A stretch of 60,000 bases of DNA, taken from contig NC_086109.1 in NCBI RefSeq assembly GCF_963921235.1, forward strand, positions 24,058,001 to 24,118,000, given 5' to 3'. Below are positions 51,104 to 60,000 of this stretch, piece by piece (positions within the stretch are counted from its first letter, which is position 1; the number at the start of each line of letters is the position of its first letter). The notes beneath the pieces are model-generated. The model was not told where the DNA came from, ran no database searches, and saw only the letters and a list, made by a program, of their open reading frames with translations. Both the position numbers and the translations under genes were made by a program. This DNA comes from Mobula hypostoma. Taxonomy: Eukaryota.

Positions 51104-51905
51104 GTTTGTCATTATTATGTGCCATGTTGTACGACATAGGCGATCATAGTAATCATGATTGCTCTTGGTAAATTCTACAGAGTGGTTTGCCATTGCCACC
51201 TTCTGGGCAGTGTCCTTTCAAGACAGACGACACCAGCTATTACCAATACACTTCAGAGATTTATTTATATACACACATTCTTTCTCTCTCTCTCCTTTTT
51301 CTCCCTCTGTCCCTCTGACTATACCCTTTGCCCATCCTCTGGGTTTTTTCCCCCCTCCCCCTTTTCCTTCTCCTTGGGCCTCCTGTCCCATGATTCTCTC
51401 ATATCCGTTTTGCCAATCACCTGTACAGCTCTTGACTCCATCCCTCCCCCTCCTGTCTTCTCCTATCATTTTGGATCTCCCCCTCCCCCTCCCACTTTCA
51501 AATCTCTTACTAGCTCTCCCTTCAGTTAGTCCTGACGAAGGGTCTCGGCCCAAAACATCGACTGTACCTCTTCCTAGAGACGCTGCCTGGCCTGCTGCAT
51601 TCACCAGCAACTTTGATGTGTGTTGCTTGAATTTCCAGCATCTGCAGAATTCCTTGTGTTCACTTCAGAGATTGTTTGCCTGGTGTCAGTGATTCAGTGA
51701 TCACATAATCAGCACTTGTGAGATACACCAGCTGCTCCTACAACCTGCTCCCGTCACTTCACCTGACCCTGATCGGAGGGAGGGGTGGCTAAGCAGGTGC
51801 TACACTTTGCCCAAGGGTGACCCGCAGGCTAGAGGAGGGAAGGAGTGCCTTACATCTCCTTTGATAGAGACGTATCTCCACCCTGCCATCCCAGCCACCC
51901 CCCAT
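51104..51905 (-). mobile_element. Non-autonomous retro-element with RTE-like tail motif, inserted in CR1 and split by a Penelope fragment
   Basis: agagtggtttgccattgcc motif; the two halves join across the duplicated cacttcagagatt. Confidence 0.5.
51262..51660 (+). mobile_element. 399-bp Penelope terminal-repeat insertion with perfect 13-bp TSD and a mutated hammerhead
   Basis: cacttcagagatt at 51249-51261 and 51661-51673; tagtcctgacgaagggtctcggcccaaaacatcgactg at 51527-51564. Confidence 0.88.
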
Positions 51906-53367
51906 CTTCATGATTTAACCATTTCATTCCCAGGATCATTCTCATGAACCTCCTCAGGATCCTCTCCAATGCCTGCACATACTTTCTTAGATAGGGGGCA
52001 CAAAACTGCTCAAATACTCCAAGTGTAGTCTGATCAATGCCTCATAAAGCCTCCACATAACGTGTTTGCATTTATATTCTAGTCCACTCAAAACGAATAC
52101 TGTCATTGCATTCAGGTTCAAGTTCAAGGTTAATTGTCATTCAACCATACACATGAATACAGCTAAATGAAACAGTGTTCCTCCAGGGCCAAAATGCAGA
52201 ACATTTTACCAACAGTCACAACACACATATAGCACATAGAATTATGATCGCAGAAAAACAAAACAGACACAAAAAATTATATAGCCTAGGTCCCTGACTG
52301 TTATGGCTTGTGGATTAATGGTACATGGGATGTCGTCCTGGAGCCACACTTCTGTAAGAACAAGTACGCAGCAGTGATTCAACTTGCTGCAGCTCAGATT
52401 TCTGGCACAAACTGGTTGGGTTGTTTGGCCTGTATTCATGCTGCATTTCTCAATGAATCTAAATGCAACCAAGGCCAAGATAGCAAAATCAATAAAGAAC
52501 TGGAGCTGTTTTGACAATGGCAGGCTACATGCCCAACTCCATACACCTAAAACAAACACTCTGATATGCCAAGTGGGAAGAAACTTCTTGAGGGATCACG
52601 AAATCCTTCAAGGTTCTTTGACTCTTCTTGAAAAACTAATGTAACCCGCAGTGAGACAAAATGGAGAAGAAGTATCTCAGACAGCGCCAAACTAGTTTTT
52701 TACATTGGGAGCAGACCATGGAGAGAGTACACCTCAAAGGATCCACACACTTAACCCCAGCCACCTGCATAACAGACAGTCGATCCCATGCAGGAGTCTA
52801 AGTCAACTCAGGACCCACAGAACTGCAGTGGAGGCAACTGACCCTTGATCGAGGGCTTATCAAAGCAGAAGAAGCACCACCTCCCTCAGTAATAAATGTC
52901 CTAACACCACTCTACTGTCTTGGTCCAGTGCCTGTGAAAGTATGGCAGTCAACGGGTACCGAACATTTGATGGTGCAGCACTGACCTGCAATCCAAATCT
53001 GAGCCTGATTTGAAACCAAATCCATTACACAATAGATCTGTTTCACAGGGAACAGAGCAGGCTAGTCTGTTAAACATATAAGCCCACACACACTCATCCT
53101 CTGGCTCTCCTTGGGAAGATATCAGCCTGTATTCCCAGGGCTCATCAAGATGAACTGAGACAAATAAAACTCGTGTTATATGAAGACTAAGTGATTATTG
53201 GTCACTGCTGACTTTATCTTGTATCCTCACTTTTGCAATGGCATATATTTTAGTATTCACTATAACACTTTCATCTGTATCCCATTATCCCTGTTGTAAC
53301 ACCAACAGATCTTTACATACTTGAAACACACATCCTTCTGGATATAGCTGATGAGGAGGAATGACTG

Positions 53368-53590
53368 TAGTCAGAGGGTGGTGAATCTGTAGAATTCATT
53401 GCCAGAGATGGCTGTGCTGACCAAGTCAACGGGTATATTTTAAATGGAGGTTGACAGGTTCTTGAGTAATAAGGGGAGAGGGTAGGAGAAAGGGATTGAG
53501 AGGGACAATAAATCAGCCATGATGGAATGGTGGAGTAGACCCAATGGGCTGAATGGCCTAATTCTGCTCCAATGACTTATGGTCTTATTG
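53368..53590 (+). mobile_element. CR1 3' end
   Basis: agtcagagggtggtgaatctgt...ggcctaattctgctccaatgacttatggtctt. Confidence 0.8.
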
Positions 53591-54339
53591 AAGACACATC
53601 TCACAGTTCTCACTCACAGCCACTGCTATACCATAAAATTCTCACGATAAAGGCATTCATTATACTCGGCTCTGGTGTGGCCACAACCCTCGTCGTGACA
53701 ATCCTTGAAATCCCCACAGCAACACTCAGATATGTCACACATCAGTGTAGTACTCTGTGACCCAGCTAAACAGCTGAGGGTGAAAGTGGAAGAATTTCAA
53801 CCAGACAGTCAGCTGTTCTGATCTGAAACACACTGCCTGAAAGGGCAGTGGAAGCAGATTCAATAGAAACTTTCAAAAATGAATTTAATAAATGTCTGAC
53901 AAGCCACGTTTTCAAGGCTATAGGGAACGTGCGGGGAATTATGGACTAGTCAGATGGCTCTTTCAAAGGGTTTGCTGTGACACAATGGATTAAAAGGCAC
54001 ACTCTCTGATTTCAGACACTTTATTTCTGAGGACACATGGGTACCTCTGGTCAGACTGACTACAATTACCCAACCTGCAAGGATTCGTTTGTTGAGACAC
54101 AAGGTACCAGTCATCCCATGTAATAACATGATTCAAATTCCATGTGTGCAATTTTGTTTTTGATTTCTATGAAGTTCAACATTTGGTAGATGGCCCTTCT
54201 GACTTCCTTTCTTTTTAGTGATCATGTCTATTAAAACAAAACTTTCCTTCTAGGCTACGACTTTAATTAATCTGATCACTGTTACCATCCCTAATACCCA
54301 GCTTGGAATGGTGCAGTCTGACCTTTTCTACACTATAAT

Positions 54340-54712
54340 TCAGAATCTGAATCTGGTTTATTATCACCGGCAAGTGTCGTGAAATTTGTGAACTTAGCAG
54401 AAGCAGTTCAATGCAATACATAATATAGAAGAGGAAAAAAATACATAAACGGGCAAATCAACTACAATATATGTATACTGGATAGATTAAAATCGTGCAA
54501 AAACAGACATAATATATATTAAAAAGTGAGTTGGTGTCCAAGGGTTCAATGTCTATTTAGGAATCGGATGGCAGAGGGGAAGAAGCTGTTCCTGAATCAC
54601 TGAGTGTGTGCCTTCAGGCTTCTGTACCTCCTGCCTGATGGTAACAGTGCGAAAAGGGCATGCCCTGGGTGGTGGGGGTCCTTAATAATGGACGCTGCCT
54701 TACTGACACAGG
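54340..54712 (-). mobile_element. Rex/Babar-type LINE 3' fragment
   Basis: cagaatctgaatctggtttattatcacc tail; ggcagaggggaagaagctgttcctgaa...gcatgccctgggtgg. Confidence 0.8.
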
Positions 54713-55874
54713 CAATTACTTCAATTCTAGAAGTAAAATAATTACGTATTATCATATCCTTACTAGATTCAAGACCGACAGGTTACTTTTTGAAGTGAAA
54801 TCATTGGGGTTACCTGTTTACAAAATATAAACCAGATCTCACACAAACAGGAAAATCAATCCGCTAACCTGGCGCTGGAGACATTTATTTTTATTTAGAT
54901 ATAGAACTGGCCCAACAGACCCTTTTGAGGCCCCACGCCGCCCAAGGACACCCTTGTAATCAATTAACTAGTAATCGGGGGGGGGGGGGGGGCTGGAAAC
55001 ATACAACTCTTTACAGGCACCGGCGGGAATCGAACCAGAATCACTGTCATTGTAATAGCTTTACTCTAACCGCTGCACTACCGTATTCAGCATGGGATTT
55101 GATTCTACAACCAGAAATGAACCTGTAATGAGGATTATAGGCACCTCGGAGAGGAGAGACTCTCTTGAGGTGTCGGGCGCCCTGTCCAGATATCACCATC
55201 CCTGCCGATGGTGAGAAATGCAAATACGTTGGAAGTATCTACTCGTGTTAAACCAACCAACCTGACATCAAAAGAAAATTGCGTTCCTTTTCACAGCCTC
55301 AGAGAGAAAAAAAGCAAAGTGAAAGACAGGAGCTCCCGTTTCCTAATTGTTTGAAGCAGGAAACTAATTAGCAAGACTAATTACTGCGTTAAATTTGAGT
55401 AGATTTGCATAGAGTATCGGGCTTGAACTGACTGTTCTATTTGACTAGTTCTTAAACAGAAAGAAATCGTTAAATATTTTACTAAGGGATGGTGATTGAA
55501 CTTTGTTTCTTTTTATTGCGTGGCGTCCATCCTTTCATAGGGGGGAGTAGTTTCTGCACTCGTTACCCCCCTCCCCCAGTTTTAAATTCCGATTGCAGTC
55601 GTTCTTTGCTCGGGAGCGAACTGGCAATTACACCGCAAATTCCTGGTCACACTTGTTGCTCTCGTTCGGACGCTTCTTGGTCCACAGCAGCTAAATTTAG
55701 CCATTCATTCGAGGGAGGGAAATAGGCTCGGACATTGTTTTTCCTCTGTCCGAATCTAGGAGAACAGAACTGGAGGAAGGATTGCTCGGTTATCCAAATC
55801 AGCCGTTCAAACCCCTGGAATTAAATTATTCTTATTAAATTCTACAAATGCACAAGGCTTGTAGGACCTGCGTG

Positions 55875-56163
55875 GATAACCTCACTCACCTCTACACTGG
55901 ACTGATTCCACACCTATGGAGACACTTTCAAGGACGCTGCTATTCATGTTCTCAATGTTATTATTGAATATTATCATTAGGTTTTTGTACTTTTGCAGTT
56001 TGAAATCTTTTACATATAAGTTGTTTGAGTCTGTGTAGTTTTTCTTTTTTTTGTAATTTTATTTCTATTGTGTTTCTTTGTATCTACTGTGAATGCCCAC
56101 AAGACATTGAATCTCAGGGTTGTATATGGGAACAATAAATTATAAATTTATTTTGAACTTTTG
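55875..56163 (+). mobile_element. Rex/Babar-type 3' UTR fragment
   Basis: Reverse-complement homologue of 20840-21180; ends in ttttgaacttttga. Confidence 0.65.
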
Positions 56164-56285
56164 AAAGTGACCAGGAAGGTCTTGCCACATCACTCCTGGG
56201 GACTAAATCCCGCCTCGCTGTTCACAATGACCTGCAATTCCAGATTCCTTCAACAGGTAACCAACTTCTCAACATCTGCACTGTC

Positions 56286-56758
56286 ATTGCCTGGTTTAGA
56301 GAGCATGTGCTATCATGAGAAGCTGGACAAACTTGGGTTGTTTTCACTGGAGTGGCAGAGGGTGAAGAAGATCAGATAGAGGGTTACAAAATTATGACGG
56401 GCACAGAGAGAGTGGGGGGGGGGGAGTATCTATTTCCCAGGGTAGAAATGTCTAATACCAGAGGGCATGTGTTGTAGGTGAGAGAAGTAGGTTCAAAGGG
56501 GATGTGATGGGTAAGTTTTTTACTCAGACAGTGGTGGATGCCTGGAATGTGTTGCCTGGTACGGTGGTAAAGGCAAATACATTACAGGCTTTGAAGAGGC
56601 ATTTAGATAGGCACATGAATATGAGGAAGATGGAGGGATATGGGCATTGTGTAGGTAGGAGGGACTAGTTTTTGGGTTTTGTTATTTACTTTTTAGCTGG
56701 TTTGGCACAGCATTGAGGGGCAAGGGGCCTGTTCCTGTGCTGTACTGTTCCATGTCCT
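56286..56758 (+). mobile_element. CR1 3' fragment
   Basis: LPGLESMCYHEKLDKLGLFSLE; tail tgtgctgtactgttccatgtcc. Confidence 0.85.
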
Positions 56759-59404
56759 AAATCCCACAAATCCTTATCAGTCCCGGTGGTATAACAACTG
56801 GGGCATACTTTTTTGTACTGCTACATACTGGCAATCTTCCTTCTTTCCTGTCAGTCCTGGTGCATGGTCTCAATCTGGACATACAGCTTTTGTCTCTACA
56901 AATGATGATTGACCTGCTGAATTCTTCTAGAACTTCGTTGTCTTTTGTCCTACTGTTTTGACCAATCTATTCATGAAATCTCCAATGTAGCTGCTTGCTA
57001 ACCAAGTGCTAATCTGCATTGCAAGAGCAATTTGCATTTAATATGGCTCTTTTAATATCATGAATTATCCAAGGTGTCCTGCAGTTGTACACTGATGCCT
57101 AATTTGATATCAATCTCCAGAACAAGATCATGGGACTGTCTACAAAATTTTGGCGACAGAAATGGGTTTTAATGATGTCTGAAAGGAGAAGGGGTATGCA
57201 GTGTGATTTAGGGAGGGGATTTGAGTGTAAAGCCTGGTAAGTTAAAGCAAAGTCACCCATGTAGGAATGATTACATCTGCCAGATTTAAAAAAAATCTTT
57301 TGTGGAATATGGACATCATGTTCATTGCTTTTCCCATATTGCCTTTGAGAAGCTGGTGGTGAGTCATGTACCTGAACTGCTGTAGTCTGCCTGAGGAAGG
57401 TATATCCACAGTGTTGTTGGGTAGGGTGGTCTAAAACATTGAGCCAGTGATGGTGAAAAACTCTCTTAAGTCAAGATAGAATGTAGTTTGGGATTTGGTG
57501 ATATCCCATATGTGCTAAGCTTACAGCGGTGATCTTAGAAGACTGGAGAGCATTACAATTGGTTTTATAAACCAGGTGTATAACAGAGAGGGTGGTTGAA
57601 ATTTAATTCAAAGGCAGTACTGATCACCAGCATGTGTGTGTCAGCAGAAGACTAGTTTCAAGCCCGATATTGAAACCTCTCTTCCTGATACCAAGGTCTT
57701 TGATAGGGGCACCTGGCACTTGCCGAGGTGCACCTCTCACAAGAAGCCGGTGAACAAGAATAGATATAACCGAAGGCAAATTGGGTGAGAAAACTGCAAA
57801 GCACAATTCAAACTTTGCATTCCCTTATTATGGCAGGTACAATGTGTGTGCTGACTGATAATACAAGTTGAAACTGCTTCAAATATCATCACAAGACTAA
57901 GATAGATGTATAGTGAATATTGAACCCTTTTAAATTCCATTGCTTTTATTAAGGTGTAATACCCCTGCACCTCCTCAATAAGGATGTTTCAGGGAAAGGA
58001 GGCTGTACAATTTTTCTGAGGTTGGGGGTGGTGTAGTCAAGGAATTGGTTCGTTTTACAAGGTCAAAACATTCCTTTCGAGGTAGGCAGTAAATTATGAT
58101 ATTTAAGGCGTGCAATGATTGATACGATGTCATTCAATGCTGCTTTTTCTGGATTACTGCATAATTAGCGCATACTCTTCGATTCAATGAAATAAGCCCT
58201 GAAGCAGACAGCTGTGATTCAGTGTCTGCAATTCAATAATTATGGCTTTTACCTGCTCTGATAATTGTATGCCATAAGAAATTATTGGCCAGATTAATAA
58301 TCTTTAATCATTCACGTCTGCTTGCTCTGCCTTTCTCCAATAGTCACCACAGCCATTCTATCTTTAAAGCCACACAAACCCTAAAACACCTTTTGCCAGA
58401 GATCACAAAACAGATTTAGATTTTGCAATGCACATTAACTTTTCTAAGCATCCTTTTTCGAAAGCAAGGCAAAATGGCTGGGAAAAGTTTAGACGTGTGT
58501 GTGTATGTATGAGAGACTGAATGTGAGAGAGGGGGAGAGGGAGAAAAACGGGGGAGAGAATAGCACACACAAAATGATGCTGGAACTCAGCAGGTCAGCA
58601 TCTACAGAAGGAATAAACCAGCGACATTTTGGGCCAAGACACTTCAGCAGGACTTGTGTTTAGGTGATTGAGTTAGTCAGGCCTGCTATGGTGTTTTCTG
58701 ACTCTCTTGGTGGTTCCTCCGTTTCAAAGCATTAACAGGATGGTGAGAAATCGCGAGTTCATCTTTTGAACAACATTGTTCTAGCAGGTGATAGAGAGAG
58801 AGGCACTGGTGAAACCTATGGACCACATGGTCCAACTACTTGCTCATTCTTCACAGTACTTTCCTGCATGCCCTTCAAAATGTTTTAAATGTCTCCTCTG
58901 TCTTAAGCGTGCTCACAGTGCTGTGGTATATGTGCACTGTTAGCAGCACTTTGTCTGTGGGAATATGACCTTGAGCAATGGAATGTTATTCAACCATGGG
59001 GGTAGAACGGTAGGACTCCCACAGCATAACCAGGTCAGGCACGGTAACGTAAGCCTGCTCCATCTTCAGAATCTACAGTGCTGAGCATTCTTGCCATGCA
59101 CACTGATGTCAGTTCTGATACATGTTTACTTTTAATGCATAGTAGTAGTTATGGTACTTTCAACTGGAAGCATTCTTTCACTTCTACAGGGTTTTGTCCT
59201 ACTAGAGCATTACATGGCATGTAATGGCGTTGCATTCACAATCATCATAGTCATATGGTGTTTTGGCCTGATACTTGAACTTACTTTCACCTCAGGAGTC
59301 TACAGAAGGACTGGGACAGATTAGGGGAATAAACAAAGAAGTGATGGATGGAATACAGTGCAAGCCATGCACTTCAGGAGAAGGAATAAAGATATAGACT
59401 ATCA

Positions 59405-59858
59405 ACATTCAAAGTAAGTTTATTATTATAATACAGATATGCCACCATATACTATTCTGAGAGTTATTTTCTTGTGGACATTCACAGTAAGTACAAAGAA
59501 ACACAACTGAATCAATGAAAAGCCGCACACATCAAAGATGGACAAGTAGCCAACATGCAAAAGACAATGAGCTGTGTAAATATATACAAAAAGTGGAAAT
59601 AAAATCAAAATAATAATAATAATAAATAAATAAGGAATGAACATCAAGAACATGAGTTGTAGAATCCTTGAGTTGTGAGTCCATAGGTTATAGAACCAGT
59701 TTAGTTTTGGGGTGAGTGAAGTTATCCCCTCTGGTTCAAGAGCCAAATGGTTGAGGGTAATTAACTATTCCTGAACTTCATGGTGTGGAACTTGAGGCTC
59801 CTGTATCTCGTTCCTGACGGCAGCAGTGAGAAGACAGCATGGTCTGGATGGTGATGGT
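59405..59858 (-). mobile_element. Rex/Babar-type LINE 3' fragment
   Basis: Paralogous to 2285-2665 and 20840-21300. Confidence 0.8.
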
Positions 59859-60000
59859 TGTAAACAGGGAGCGAATTCAGAAATCAGAGGTGAATCCTAG
59901 TGCAGGATTCCCTAAAAGTTAACTTGCAAATTGAGTTGATAGTAACAAAGGCAAATGCAATGTTAACATTCATTTTAAGGGAACTAGAATATAAAAGCAA

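Larger units (their letters stand above)
50705..52110 (-). mobile_element. CR1 3' fragment hosting two nested insertions
   Basis: ...aaatactcctcatatg (51103) resumes at ~51912 (tttaaccatttcattcccaggatcattctcatgaacc). Confidence 0.75.

Noticed and set aside
51155..51692. Three overlapping 124-177 aa ORFs
   Set aside because: They are translations of the low-complexity non-coding Penelope terminal repeat.

Overview
Eukaryotic (vertebrate) genomic DNA. The repeat content (CR1, Rex/Babar, Tx1-like and Penelope retroelements, tRNA-derived V-/Deu-type SINEs) resembles a cartilaginous fish, probably a ray; this assignment is an inference. The window appears to lie inside a minus-strand FOXP-family gene, best matching FOXP4. 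Only two coding exons were found (20204-20326 and 17669-17797), both with canonical AG/GT sites and phase 0; the rest is two very large partial introns plus a 2.4-kb intron. Much of the sequence is transposon debris with several cleanly resolvable nested insertions, and almost all ORF-track entries are spurious or TE fragments. The most interesting signals are: (1) Penelope-derived repeats carrying a minimal type-I hammerhead ribozyme, with one core-intact copy in the sense orientation of the FOXP4 pre-mRNA; (2) a FOXP2-like polyglutamine tract in FOXP4; (3) a CpG-rich, repeat-poor block at ~39-45.5 kb with enhancer-like elements and a candidate internal first exon; (4) a TIR/TSD-complete non-autonomous Harbinger with a perfect internal hairpin. 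I found no CRISPR array, rRNA or true tRNA gene, and no convincingly new multi-gene system. Boundaries of old repeats are approximate, and family names come from recognised motifs, not database searches.
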